This document shows, piece by piece, positions 1-9,426 of a stretch of DNA of 64,000 nucleotides. The notes under the pieces are model-generated. The model saw nothing but the letters and a program-made list of their open reading frames with translations. It had not been told where the DNA came from and made no database searches. Positions within the stretch are counted from its first letter, which is position 1; every line of letters begins with the position of its first letter. The translations under genes were made by a program, and so were the position numbers. The DNA is taken from NCBI GenBank assembly GCA_963812145.1, contig CAWEUG010000004.1, positions 498,495 to 562,494 of the forward strand. The letters run 5' to 3'. Origin of the DNA: an uncultured Solirubrobacterales bacterium (GTDB taxonomy: Bacteria; Actinomycetota; Thermoleophilia; Solirubrobacterales; 70-9).

Positions 1-258
1 GCCGAGAAAGAAGGCGTTGCGGCGCCCGAACATGTCGGCGAGGCGGCCGCCGGTGACGATCATCACCCCGAAGGTCAGCGCGTAGGCGTTGACCACCCAC
101 TGGATCGTGTTGATGTCCGTGTCGAAGTCCTTCTCCATCGTGGGAAGGGCGACGTTGATCGCCGAGAAGTCGTTGGCGATCACGACCACGGCCATGCCCA
201 TGGCGAAGAGGGCGAGCCAGTTGATGCGCTGCGGGGCGGAGGCCTCGATGCGCCTCAC
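1..258 (-). CDS. MFS transporter (EmrB/QacA-like), N-terminal 86 codons; gene continues past the window edge
   Basis: The reverse strand from GTG at 258 translates to VRRIEASAPQRINWLALFAMGMAVVVIANDFSAINVALPTMEKDFDTDINTIQWVVNAYALTFGVMIVTGGRLADMFGRRNAFFLG. This contains the typical MFS TM1-TM2 region and the GGRLADxxGRR loop motif. Confidence 0.6.
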   Translation of the reverse strand, partial: MRRIEASAPQRINWLALFAMGMAVVVIANDFSAINVALPTMEKDFDTDINTIQWVVNAYALTFGVMIVTGGRLADMFGRRNAFFLG

Positions 259-311
259 CCTATGAAAAGCCCCCGATGCCGCGCTGGTCTGCGCTACCCT
301 TGCTCGGACGA

Positions 312-371
312 ATGACCCATCGGTTCCACAGCCTCGCGCTTCTCCTTCTCCTCCCCCCTCGGGGGGAATAG
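312..371 (+). CDS. putative leucine leader peptide (19 aa, MTHRFHSLALLLLLPPRGE)
   Basis: Short ATG..TAG ORF ending 67 nt upstream of leuA. It has six Leu codons, five of them consecutive (339-353), and a C6/G6 hairpin over its 3' end. See the corresponding finding. Confidence 0.5.
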   Translation: MTHRFHSLALLLLLPPRGE

Positions 372-438
372 CGCTGGGCGGCGCGATAGCCGCGAGAGAC
401 AGAGGTCATTCAAATGAAGCAGAGAAGGAGGAGGTCCC

Positions 439-2025
439 ATGGGACCCGCATCTGACGCCAATCGCGTCCACATATTCGACACCACCCTGAGGGACGGCGA
501 GCAGTCGCCCGGGATTTCGCTGAACACGGCCGAGAAGGTCGAGATCGCCCAGCAGCTGGCAAGGCTGGGGGTCGACGTGATCGAGGCCGGCTTCCCGATC
601 ACCTCGCCGGGCGACTTCGAGGCCGTCCAGGAGATATCGCGCAAGGTCGAGGGGCCGGTGGTCTGCGGCCTCGCCCGCACCCACAAGGCCGATATCGACG
701 CCGCCTGGGGAGCGGTGCGGGACGCCGGGCGTTCGCGCATCCACACCTTCATCTCCACCTCCGACATCCACATCGAGCACCAGCTGCAGACGGACCGCGA
801 GGACGTCAAGGGCCAGGCCCGCGCCGCCGTCTCCCTGGCCAAGTCCTACTGCGAGGACGTCGAGTTCTCGCCGATGGACGCGACCAGGGCCGACGTCGAG
901 TTCACCGCCGAGGTCTGCGCGATCGCGGTCGAGGAGGGCGCGACCGTCGTCAACATCCCCGACACGGTCGGCTACACCACCCCGGAGGAGTACACGGCCT
1001 ACCTGCGGCGTCTATACGAGCTGGTGCCCGCGCTGCATGGGGTCGAGCTGTCGGTCCACTGCCACGACGACCTGGGCCTGGCGGTCGCCAACTCCTACGC
1101 CGGCGTCCTGGCCGGGGCGCGGCAGGTCGAGTGCGCGGTCAACGGCATCGGCGAGCGGGCGGGCAACTGCTCGCTGGAGGAGATCGCGATGCTGGTCAAG
1201 GTCCGCGAGGACGTCCACGGCCTCACGACCGCCATCAACAGCCGCGAGATCGCCCGCACCAGCCGCATGGTCTCGCGCCTGACCGGCTATGCGATTCAGC
1301 CCAACAAGGCGATCGTCGGCCGCAACGCCTTCGCCCACGAGTCCGGGATCCACCAGGACGGCGTGCTGAAGGAGCGCAGCACCTACGAGATCATGGACGC
1401 GACCGAGGTCGGCCTGGAGTCGAACTCGATCGTGCTAGGCAAGCATTCCGGCCGCCACGCCCTGAAGGACGCGCTGGAGCAGTTGGGCTTCCAGGTCGAG
1501 GGCAACGCGCTCAACGCCGCCTTCAAGGCTTTCAAGGAGGTCGCCGACCGCAAGAAGCAGGTGACCGCGCTCGACCTGGAGGCGATCGTCTCCGACGAGA
1601 TGCGCGAGCGCTCCGACGCCCACGAGCTGGCCTGGTTCGAGGTCGAGGCGGGCTCCCGTCGCGATCCCGTCGCCAAGGTCGCGGTGACGCTGCCCTCGGG
1701 TGAGGAGGTCGTTGGCGAGTCCGGCGGCGACGGCCCAATCGACGCGATCTTCCGCGCGATCCAGTCGGCCACCGAGACCGAGTGCGAGCTGGCCCAGTAC
1801 ACGGTCGAGGCGGTGACCGGAGGCGAGGACGCGCTCGGCGAGGTGACCGTGATGCTGCGCACCGCCGGCCGCCTGGCCACCGGCCAGGGCGTCGCCACCG
1901 ACATCCTCGAGGCCTCGGCCCGTGCCTACGTGCGGGCCCTGTCCAACGCCCTTGAAGGCGCCGCCACCCGCGAGGCCGAATCGGCCACCGCCGAAGCCGC
2001 AGTAGAACGCACCCCGGGCCCCTAA
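439..2025 (+). CDS. leuA: 2-isopropylmalate synthase
   Basis: 528 aa. N-terminus HIFDTTLRDGEQSPG, HxH metal motif (SVHCHDDLG), and a C-terminal LeuA dimerisation/regulatory domain. Strong SD gaaggaggagg at 425-435. Confidence 0.95.
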   Translation: MGPASDANRVHIFDTTLRDGEQSPGISLNTAEKVEIAQQLARLGVDVIEAGFPITSPGDFEAVQEISRKVEGPVVCGLARTHKADIDAAWGAVRDAGRSRIHTFISTSDIHIEHQLQTDREDVKGQARAAVSLAKSYCEDVEFSPMDATRADVEFTAEVCAIAVEEGATVVNIPDTVGYTTPEEYTAYLRRLYELVPALHGVELSVHCHDDLGLAVANSYAGVLAGARQVECAVNGIGERAGNCSLEEIAMLVKVREDVHGLTTAINSREIARTSRMVSRLTGYAIQPNKAIVGRNAFAHESGIHQDGVLKERSTYEIMDATEVGLESNSIVLGKHSGRHALKDALEQLGFQVEGNALNAAFKAFKEVADRKKQVTALDLEAIVSDEMRERSDAHELAWFEVEAGSRRDPVAKVAVTLPSGEEVVGESGGDGPIDAIFRAIQSATETECELAQYTVEAVTGGEDALGEVTVMLRTAGRLATGQGVATDILEASARAYVRALSNALEGAATREAESATAEAAVERTPGP

Positions 2026-2060
2026 ACCGCATCCGCCCCTCGAGCCCGGGGGCGAAATCT

Positions 2061-2111
2061 CCACGAGTCTGCCCTTAGGCATCCCATGGGTGCCTCAGGG
2101 CAGACTCGTGG
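2061..2111. repeat. 51-nt near-perfect palindrome (15-bp perfect outer stem ccacgagtctgccct/agggcagactcgtgg)
   Basis: Read directly from the sequence. The outer arms are 2061-2075 and 2097-2111. Inner pairing continues to a 3-nt loop centred on ATG 2086. Confidence 0.7.
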
Positions 2112-3028
2112 ACTGGATTCTCGGATTGCACGACTGGCGGACGAGCAGCATGGTGTGGTGGGACGGCAGCAACTGATGGCGCTGGGAGTGGGGAAGGGGT
2201 CACTTGAGAAGCGATTGAGGATGGGGCGCCTGCATCGACTCCGCCCGGGCGTCTACGCGGTTGGCCACCGAGTTGTCTCCCAGGAGGCACGGTGGATGGC
2301 CGCCGTTCTTTTGGCCGGGGCAGGGGCCGTGCTCAGCCATCGCTCCGCGGCGGCACTGTGGCGAGTCCGAGGGGTCTCGGGCGGCGCGATCGAGGTGACG
2401 ACTCCGAGGAAGAGCCGCTCGCGTGGCGACCTCAGTCGCCATTTCGCGGTCCTGCCTGCGGACGAGGTGACGACCGAGCTGCAGTATCCCGGTCACTACG
2501 GTGCCGCGGACCATCTTCGATCTCGCGGCGACCTCGACCGTCGACGTGGTCGAGCACGCCCTACGCCAGTCGGAATACCTGCGCCTCCACGACGCTCTCT
2601 CGCTGCCCGATCTGCTCGCTCGCTACCCCCGGCATCGCGGGGCGCGGAACGTGCGGGTCTGTCTCGCTCGCCGCGCCGAGGCGCCTGGCCGCAGCCGCAG
2701 TTGGCTGGAGGAGCGATTCCAGCTCTTTCTCCGTGAGCAGCGCCTTCGCCCCCCGCAGCTCAATGCCTGGATAGAGGCGGGGGAGAGGTGGTTCGAAGTG
2801 GATTGCTTCTGGCCTGACTCGCGCGCGATCGTCGAACTTGACGGCTTCGTAGCGCACGGCACCCGGATCGCCTTTCGTGAAGACAGGGCGCGAGATCGGC
2901 GCCTGCGGGTAGCCGGCTACGGAGTGATCAGGATCGCCCCGGAGCAGCTGGACGAGGAAGCCGAGTCGATCGCCGCCGACCTCAGGGCACTGCTGGCAAA
3001 TACAGATGTCCGTGATAACGTACGATGA
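2086..3028 (+). pseudogene. frameshifted DUF559 / AbiEi_4-like endonuclease-domain protein
   Basis: The N-terminal part in frame 1 (..RIARLADEQHGVVGRQQLMALGV..RLHRLRPGVYAVGH..ADEVTTE) switches near 2481-2485 to frame 2 (IPVTTVPRTIFDLAA...WFEVDCFWPD..VELDGFVAHG..DRARDRRLRVAGYGVIRI). Joined, the two parts match the usual single-protein architecture. Confidence 0.6.
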
Positions 3029-3671
3029 GATGACCGCTACCGCCGCCCGCACGAAGGCCTCGAAACCCACCGCACATGCGGCTGCCGGCGCCGTCGAGCC
3101 CGGCGCCCCCTCGGCGACCGTCGGCCCGCGGATAAAGGCCCTGCGCGATGCAATGGGCTTCTCCCTGCGCGATCTGGCAGAGCGCTCCGGGGTCAGCGCG
3201 CCGATGCTGTCGCAGGTCGAGCGCGGGGAGACCAGTCCGACGCTGGCGGTGGCGGAGAAGATCGCCGGCGGGCTGGAGCTGACGCTGTCGCAGCTGCTGC
3301 GCCTGGACGAGGGCCAGCATGTCTCGATCAGCCGGGCCGGCGAGCGCCGCCGCTCTGAGCGCGGGGGGCACCGCTTCGAGGAGCTGACGCCCCCGCTGCC
3401 CGGGCAGCGCGCCGATGTCTCCCTCCACACGCTGGAGCCCGGTGCCACAACTGGGGGCCGGGAGGATCCACCGATGCACGAGCCCGGCAGTCGTGAGACC
3501 ACGGTCGTTCTTAACGGCAACCTGGCACTCTTCGTCGAGGGCACCCGTCACGACCTTTCCAGCGGCGACAGCGTCACCTTCGATGCCGACCTGCCCCATC
3601 ACTTTGAGAACGATGGCGAAGACCCGACCAGGTTCATCGCCGTGATCGCCGCCGGCCTCAGGCGCGGCTAG
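3006..3671 (+). CDS. XRE-family HTH transcriptional regulator with C-terminal cupin domain
   Basis: HTH segment [56 protein letters not shown], and a C-terminal cupin-like region [16 protein letters not shown]. The start is uncertain (ATG 3006 or 3027). Confidence 0.8.
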   Translation: MSVITYDEMTATAARTKASKPTAHAAAGAVEPGAPSATVGPRIKALRDAMGFSLRDLAERSGVSAPMLSQVERGETSPTLAVAEKIAGGLELTLSQLLRLDEGQHVSISRAGERRRSERGGHRFEELTPPLPGQRADVSLHTLEPGATTGGREDPPMHEPGSRETTVVLNGNLALFVEGTRHDLSSGDSVTFDADLPHHFENDGEDPTRFIAVIAAGLRRG

Positions 3672-3681
3672 AGAGGAAGAG

Positions 3682-5067
3682 ATGCCGCAAAACATGTTCG
3701 AGAAGATCTGGGAGGCCCACGAGGTCTCCGACGGCCTGATCTACATAGACCTGCACCTGGTCCACGAGGTCACCTCACCGCAGGCCTTCGATGGGCTGCG
3801 CCTGGCCGGCCGCCGGGTCCGTCGCGCCGACAAGACGCTGGCGACCGCCGATCACAACGTCCCCACCGACGGCACCATGGCGGCGCGCCTGATCGCCGAT
3901 GAGCTCTCGCGGGTCCAGGTCGAAACGCTGGAGCGCAACTGCGAGGAGTTCGGCATCCCGCTCTACTCGCTGGGCTCCGAGCGCCAGGGCATCGTCCACG
4001 TGATCGGCCCGGAGCTGGGGGTCACCCAGCCGGGGATGACGATCGTCTGCGGCGACAGCCACACCTCCACCCACGGCGCCTTCGGAGCGCTGGCCTTCGG
4101 CATCGGCACCTCGGAGGTCGAGCACGTGCTGGCGACCCAGTGCCTGGTCCAGAAGCGACCGAAGACGATGCGGATCTCCTACTCGGGCGAGCTCGGCACC
4201 GGCGTCACTCCCAAGGACCTGATCCTGGCCACGATCGGTCGCCTCGGCACCGGCGGCATGGTCGGCCACGCGGTCGAGTACGCCGGGCCGGCGATCGAGG
4301 CGTTGGAGATGCCCGGGCGGATGACGATCTGCAACATGACGATCGAGGGCGGGGGCCGCGCCGGGATGATCGCCCCCGACGAGGTCACCTTCGAGTGGGT
4401 TCGCGACCGCGCCGCCGCCCCCGCGGACCTCGGTGCCGCGCTCGAGCGCTGGCGCCTGCTGCCGAGCGACCCCGGCGCGACCTTCGACACCGAGGTCGAG
4501 ATCGACGCCGGCGCGATCTCGCCGATGGTCACCTGGGGCACCAACCCGGGCATGGTCTGCGAGGTCACCGACCGCATCCCCGATCCGGCGGCGATGGACT
4601 CGCCGGCCGACTGCGAATCGGCCGAGCGCGCCCTCGCCTACATGGGCCTCGAGGCCGGCACGCCGATGACCGAGGTCGCCCCGGAACGGGTCTTCATCGG
4701 CTCCTGCACCAACTCGCGGATCGAGGATCTGCGCGAGGCGGCCGAAGTGGTCGACGGCCGCAAGGTCGCCGGTACGGTGCGGGCGATGGTCGTCCCTGGC
4801 TCCCAGCAGGTCAAGGCGACCGCCGAGGCCGAGGGGCTGCACGAGGTCTTCCGCGGCGCCGGCTTCGAATGGCGCGAGGCGGGCTGCTCGATGTGCCTGG
4901 GGATGAACCCCGACATCCTCGACGAGGGCGAGCGCTGCGCCTCGACCTCGAACCGCAACTTCGAGGGACGGCAGGGCAAGGGGGGGCGCACCCACCTGGT
5001 CAGCCCGAAGATGGCCGCCGCGGCCGCCATCGAGGGACATTTCGTCGACATCAGGAACTGGAGCTGA
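3682..5067 (+). CDS. leuC: 3-isopropylmalate dehydratase large subunit
   Basis: 461 aa aconitase-family protein. Motifs [15 protein letters not shown] and [11 protein letters not shown], plus the CSMCLGMN Fe-S ligands. Confidence 0.95.
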   Translation: MPQNMFEKIWEAHEVSDGLIYIDLHLVHEVTSPQAFDGLRLAGRRVRRADKTLATADHNVPTDGTMAARLIADELSRVQVETLERNCEEFGIPLYSLGSERQGIVHVIGPELGVTQPGMTIVCGDSHTSTHGAFGALAFGIGTSEVEHVLATQCLVQKRPKTMRISYSGELGTGVTPKDLILATIGRLGTGGMVGHAVEYAGPAIEALEMPGRMTICNMTIEGGGRAGMIAPDEVTFEWVRDRAAAPADLGAALERWRLLPSDPGATFDTEVEIDAGAISPMVTWGTNPGMVCEVTDRIPDPAAMDSPADCESAERALAYMGLEAGTPMTEVAPERVFIGSCTNSRIEDLREAAEVVDGRKVAGTVRAMVVPGSQQVKATAEAEGLHEVFRGAGFEWREAGCSMCLGMNPDILDEGERCASTSNRNFEGRQGKGGRTHLVSPKMAAAAAIEGHFVDIRNWS

Positions 5068-5069
5068 AG

Positions 5070-5633
5070 ATGAGGCCGATCGACGTGATCGAGGGCAAGG
5101 TGTCGGTCCTGGACCGCCACGACGTGGACACCGACCAGATCATCCCCAAGCAGTTCCTCAAGCGGGTCGAGCGGACCGGCTTCGGCGAGTTCCTCTTCTA
5201 CGACTGGATCCGCGACGGCGAGATCGAGCTGGAGCCGAATCCGATCCTGGTCACCGGGCGCAACTTCGGCAGCGGCTCCTCCCGCGAGCACGCACCCTGG
5301 GCGCTGGAGGACTTCGGCTTCCAGGCGATCGTCGCGCCCTCCTTCGCCGACATCTTCTACTCCAACTGCACCAAGATCGGGCTGCTGCCGGCGATCCTCG
5401 ACGAGGAGCACTGCCGCCTCGTCGCCGAGGCCGGGGAGGCACGGATCGACGTCGATGACGAGACCGTCACCTGCGCCAACGGCGTCTTTAACTTCGCCGT
5501 CGAGCCCGATGTCAAGCACCGGTTGCTGAACGGGCTCGACGACATCGCGATCACGCTCGAGAACGGGGCCGCGATCGACAGCTTCGAGTCCGGCGGCGGC
5601 GCCGACCGCGGGCCGGTGACGACGGCGCTGTGA
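5070..5633 (+). CDS. leuD: 3-isopropylmalate dehydratase small subunit
   Basis: ATG lies 2 nt after the leuC stop. MRPIDVIEGKVSVLDRHDVDTDQIIPKQFLKR..GRNFGSGSSREHAPWAL. The track ORF 4140..5633 was trimmed to this internal start. Confidence 0.95.
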   Translation: MRPIDVIEGKVSVLDRHDVDTDQIIPKQFLKRVERTGFGEFLFYDWIRDGEIELEPNPILVTGRNFGSGSSREHAPWALEDFGFQAIVAPSFADIFYSNCTKIGLLPAILDEEHCRLVAEAGEARIDVDDETVTCANGVFNFAVEPDVKHRLLNGLDDIAITLENGAAIDSFESGGGADRGPVTTAL

Positions 5634-6415
5634 GCGACCCGGGCGCGCCCAGGGCGATGAACAGCAGCGCCCGCGAGTGGGACGCCGAGACCTACGACCA
5701 GGTCTCCGATCCCCAGTTCAGCTGGGGGATGGAGGTCCTGGACCGGCTGCAGTTGCGGGGTGACGAGGCGGCGCTCGACGCCGGCTGCGGCTCGGGCCGG
5801 GTCACCGCCGAGCTGCTCGATCGCCTCCCCGGCGGCAGCGTGCTGGCGGTCGACGGATCGGAGGCGATGGTCGCCAAAGCGCGGGAGCGCCTGGGCGAGC
5901 GTGCCTCCTACTTGGTTGCGGACCTGGCGGAGCTGGAGATCGCCGAGCCGGTCGATCTCCTCTTCTCGACCGCGACCTTCCACTGGATCCTCGACCACGA
6001 CGCGCTCTTCGCCCGTCTGCGGTCGGCTCTGCGGCCGGGCGGGCGCCTGGTCGCGCAGTGCGGGGGAGAAGGAAATGTCGCCAGGCACGCGCAGGCGATC
6101 GCTACGGTCGCCGCCCGCCCGGAGTTCGCGCCCCACTTCGCCGGGGCGCCTGGGATGTGGAACTTCGCCGGCCCAGAGGAGACCGAGTCGCGCCTGCGCG
6201 GCGCCGGCTTCACGCAAGCGTGCTGCTGGCTCGAGCCGAAGCCGGTGCAGCCGCCGGACCCGCTTGCCTTCACGTCGACCGTCACCCTCGGCCCTCTGCT
6301 GGCCCAGCTGCCGGAGTCGCAGCGGCGCCCGTTCGCCGAGGCCGTCCTGGCGGAGTCCGAGCAGCCGCTGACCCTCGACTACGTGCGCCTCAACATCGAG
6401 GCCGTCGCCGCCTAA
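5630..6415 (+). CDS. class I SAM-dependent methyltransferase, trans-aconitate methyltransferase (Tam)-like
   Basis: 261 aa. SAM motif [12 protein letters not shown], then [15 protein letters not shown] and [10 protein letters not shown]. The GTG start overlaps the leuD stop (GTGA). Confidence 0.8.
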   Translation: MSDPGAPRAMNSSAREWDAETYDQVSDPQFSWGMEVLDRLQLRGDEAALDAGCGSGRVTAELLDRLPGGSVLAVDGSEAMVAKARERLGERASYLVADLAELEIAEPVDLLFSTATFHWILDHDALFARLRSALRPGGRLVAQCGGEGNVARHAQAIATVAARPEFAPHFAGAPGMWNFAGPEETESRLRGAGFTQACCWLEPKPVQPPDPLAFTSTVTLGPLLAQLPESQRRPFAEAVLAESEQPLTLDYVRLNIEAVAA

Positions 6416-6450
6416 CGCGGCTGGCCGCCCAACCCTTAGAGTCCCGCCGC

Positions 6451-7560
6451 GTGAGCGCCACCCCACTGATAGTCGTCCTCCCCGGCGACGGGATCGGCCC
6501 GGAGATCGTCGCCGCGGCGCAGCAGCTGCTGACCTCGTTGGGGGAGTTCGAGTTCGACGAGCGCCTGATGGGCGGCTGCTCGATCGACGCCCACGGCACC
6601 GCCCTCACCGACGAGGTTCTGGATGCCTGTCGGGCCGCCGACGCGGTCCTGCTCGGCGCCGTCGGCGGTCCCAAATGGGACACGACCGACCCCGACGCGC
6701 CGCGCCCCGAGCAGGGCTTGCTCGGCCTGCGCAAGGGTATGGGCCTCTACGCCAACCTGCGGCCGGTCCGGCCCAGCCCGGCTCTGGTCGGCGCCAGCCC
6801 GTTGCGCGAGGAGCGCATCGCCGGCACCGACCTGCTCGTCGTCCGCGAGCTGACCGGCGGCATCTACTTCGGCGACAGCGGCCGCGACGGCGACTCCGCC
6901 CACGACACCTGCGAGTACGACGCCGGCGAAATCGAGCGCATCGCCCGCACCGCTTTCGAGGCCGCCCGCCGCCGCGCCGAGAGCTCTGGCCGCAAGCCTC
7001 GCGTGACCTCGGTCGACAAGGCCAACGTGCTGGAGACCTCGCGGCTCTGGCGCGAGGTGGTCAGCCGCGTCGCGCCCGACTACGCCGACGTCGCGCTCGA
7101 CCACCTGCTGGTCGACAACGCGGCGATGCAGCTGGTCTCGCGCCCCTCCGAGTTCGACGTGATCGTGACCGAGAACCTCTTCGGCGACATCCTCAGCGAC
7201 GAGTCGGCGATGCTGACCGGCTCACTGGGGATGCTGCCCTCCGCCAGCCTCGGCGTCGACGGTGCGCCGGGCCTGTTCGAGCCGGTTCACGGCTCCGCTC
7301 CCGACATCGCCGGCAAAGGCATCGCCAACCCGCTCGCGACCTTCCTCTCGGTGGCGATGATGCTGCGCCACGGGCTCGACCGCCCGGACGACGCGGCCCG
7401 GATCGAGGCGGCCGTCGACGTGGCCCTGGAGAGCGGCCTGCGCACTCCGGACCTGGCAGCAGGGACGCCGGCAACTCCGCCGATGCCGGACATCCCCGCC
7501 GAGGTCGAGGTCGGGACCGCTGAGATGACCGACGCGGTCCTCTCAGCGCTCGCCGGCTAG
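6451..7560 (+). CDS. leuB: 3-isopropylmalate dehydrogenase
   Basis: GTG start gives [20 protein letters not shown]. Also [25 protein letters not shown] and [15 protein letters not shown]. Confidence 0.95.
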   Translation: MSATPLIVVLPGDGIGPEIVAAAQQLLTSLGEFEFDERLMGGCSIDAHGTALTDEVLDACRAADAVLLGAVGGPKWDTTDPDAPRPEQGLLGLRKGMGLYANLRPVRPSPALVGASPLREERIAGTDLLVVRELTGGIYFGDSGRDGDSAHDTCEYDAGEIERIARTAFEAARRRAESSGRKPRVTSVDKANVLETSRLWREVVSRVAPDYADVALDHLLVDNAAMQLVSRPSEFDVIVTENLFGDILSDESAMLTGSLGMLPSASLGVDGAPGLFEPVHGSAPDIAGKGIANPLATFLSVAMMLRHGLDRPDDAARIEAAVDVALESGLRTPDLAAGTPATPPMPDIPAEVEVGTAEMTDAVLSALAG

Positions 7561-8381
7561 GGAGCGGTCACCGCCCACTGGCCGTAGGCGTAGTAGCTGC
7601 CTGGCGCGGCACCGGATTTCGCAGCCAGGCCGAAGCCGAGACGGGTGTTGTTCTCGGCCGACAGCGGGGTGGTCGCGTCGACGTTGACTTCTTCGGTGAC
7701 GTAGACGCAGAGGTTCCCTGCGGTCGCCTGTGGGGTCTGGCTGGCGCCGGTCCCGAGCCCCGCGCAGTTGGCCGAGGTCTGCCCTTTTTTGAGCACCGTA
7801 ACGGCCGGGCTCGCGAGCAGCGGGAACTGGTAGCTGATCGCCGATCGCGCCTCTTCTCCGGCCCCAACCGCATGCCCACCGAGGTCGAAGACCCCCCGCA
7901 GCGTCTGTCCGCTTTTCAGCGTCGCCACGATCGGGCCGAATTCGTTGCTGAGCTTGGCCGGCGTCACCGAGCCGTTGGCCAGGATCGGGTTGGTCACCGC
8001 GCCGGTCGCGAGTTTGTCCGTGGTCACGGCTTTGCTGTTGAGTTTGTTGGTGGTGATGACGCCGTTTTTGATCGAGCTGGCGATCACGGCCCCGGCACCG
8101 ATCTTGGCGCTGGTGATGGCGCCGTTGCCGATGTTGCCCGGCAGGACGGCGTTGGGGCCGAGCTTGCCGGCGATCACCGACTTCGGTGCCAGCTTGCCGC
8201 TGGTGACGGCCCCTTTCTTCAGCTTCGCCGCGGTCACGGCGCCGCGCTTCAGCTGTTTGGTGCCGACGCTGTTCTTCGGTAGGCCGGCGGCGATAGCGGC
8301 ACCGCCGAGGGCGATGAAGAGCGCCATGGTCGCGATCACGTTCGAGTAGCTGAGCTTCGGGAGAAATCTGGAGTTCATCAA
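7557..8381 (-). CDS. membrane-anchored hypothetical protein with 11 tandem decapeptide (22 pentad) repeats
   Basis: 274 aa. Strong SD (gaaggagg) upstream, an N-terminal TM/signal anchor [19 protein letters not shown], repeats at aa 38-147, and a C-terminal domain of about 125 aa with no motif I recognise. Confidence 0.75.
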   Translation of the reverse strand: MMNSRFLPKLSYSNVIATMALFIALGGAAIAAGLPKNSVGTKQLKRGAVTAAKLKKGAVTSGKLAPKSVIAGKLGPNAVLPGNIGNGAITSAKIGAGAVIASSIKNGVITTNKLNSKAVTTDKLATGAVTNPILANGSVTPAKLSNEFGPIVATLKSGQTLRGVFDLGGHAVGAGEEARSAISYQFPLLASPAVTVLKKGQTSANCAGLGTGASQTPQATAGNLCVYVTEEVNVDATTPLSAENNTRLGFGLAAKSGAAPGSYYAYGQWAVTAP

Positions 8382-8469
8382 GTCCTGTGCCTCCTTCGTT
8401 GCTTTTCAGCCGTCATTCGCGGCTTCGGGGGTGAAGCCCTTCGTTTGATCGGGCATACTTCCCTTCAAC

Positions 8470-9426
8470 ATGGAGCAGGTGGATTTGATTTGGAAGAACG
8501 GCGAGTTCGTGCCCTGGGAGCAGGCCCAGACCCACGTGCTCAGCCATGGCCTGCACTACGGAACCGGCGTTTTCGAGGGGATTCGCTGTTATGAGACCGA
8601 GCGTGGGCCGGCGGTCTTCCGCCACGCCGACCATCTGGCGCGTCTGGAGAAATCGGCCCAGCTCTACTACCTCGAGTTGCCGTACTCGGCCGAGGAGATC
8701 CGCCAGGCGACCCACGAGCTGCTGGCTCGAAATGGCCTCCGCTCCGCCTACATCAGGCCGCTCGCCTACCGCGGCTACGGCAGCCTCGGGCTCTACGCCA
8801 AAGACGCCCCGATCGACGTCATCGTCGCCGCCTTCCCCTGGGGCGCCTACCTCGGCGAGGAGAGCAAGAACGGCGGCATCCGCGCCAAGGTCTCGAGCTG
8901 GCGGCGGATCAGCCCCGGCGGCTCGATCCCGCACGCCAAGGCCTCGGGCTCCTATCTCAACTCGATCCTGGCCAAGACCGAGTCGGCCAACGCCGGCTAC
9001 GACGAGGCGATCCTGCTCGACGAACGCGGCTTCGTCTGTGAGGGCTCGGGTGAGAACATCTTCGTGGTCCGCGACGGCGAGATCGTGACCCCGCCGCACG
9101 TCGCCTCGATCCTCGACGGGATCAACCGCAAGTCGGTGATCCAGATCGCCCGCGACCTCGGCTACACGGTGGTCGAGCGCGACGTCGCCCGGGCCGAGCT
9201 CTACCTCGCCGAGGAGGTCTTCCTGACCGGGACGGCGGCGGAGCTGGTGCCGGTCCGCGAGATCGACGACCACCCGCTTGGCGGCGGCAAGCCGGGCGAG
9301 ATAACCACCCACGTCCAGGCAAAGTTCGAGGACGCGCTCTACGGCCGGGCCGAGGAGTACCTGGAGTGGCTCGACTTCGTCGAGATGCCGGCCGGGGTCG
9401 ACGCGGCGAGTAAGGTGAGTTCGTGA
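8470..9426 (+). CDS. ilvE: branched-chain amino acid aminotransferase
   Basis: 318 aa fold-type IV PLP enzyme. Motifs HGLHYGTGVFEGIRCY, GAYLG and EGSGENIFVV. Confidence 0.93.
   Translation: MEQVDLIWKNGEFVPWEQAQTHVLSHGLHYGTGVFEGIRCYETERGPAVFRHADHLARLEKSAQLYYLELPYSAEEIRQATHELLARNGLRSAYIRPLAYRGYGSLGLYAKDAPIDVIVAAFPWGAYLGEESKNGGIRAKVSSWRRISPGGSIPHAKASGSYLNSILAKTESANAGYDEAILLDERGFVCEGSGENIFVVRDGEIVTPPHVASILDGINRKSVIQIARDLGYTVVERDVARAELYLAEEVFLTGTAAELVPVREIDDHPLGGGKPGEITTHVQAKFEDALYGRAEEYLEWLDFVEMPAGVDAASKVSS

Noticed and set aside
294-842. 182-aa minus-strand ORF overlapping the leuA start region
   Set aside because: It is antisense to leuA and the leader region, and it shows no motifs. It is a spurious high-GC ORF.
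2086-3671. DUF559/AbiEi-like gene plus the adjacent XRE regulator considered as a toxin-antitoxin or defence module
   Set aside because: The DUF559 gene is frameshifted. The XRE protein carries a cupin sensor domain and sits directly upstream of leuC, so it is more likely a metabolic regulator. There is no toxin partner.
7941-8270. 30-bp periodic DNA repeat considered as a CRISPR-like or minisatellite array
   Set aside because: The periodicity is in-frame within a well-supported ORF, and the repeats are conserved at the amino-acid level rather than the nucleotide level. There is no repeat/spacer alternation.
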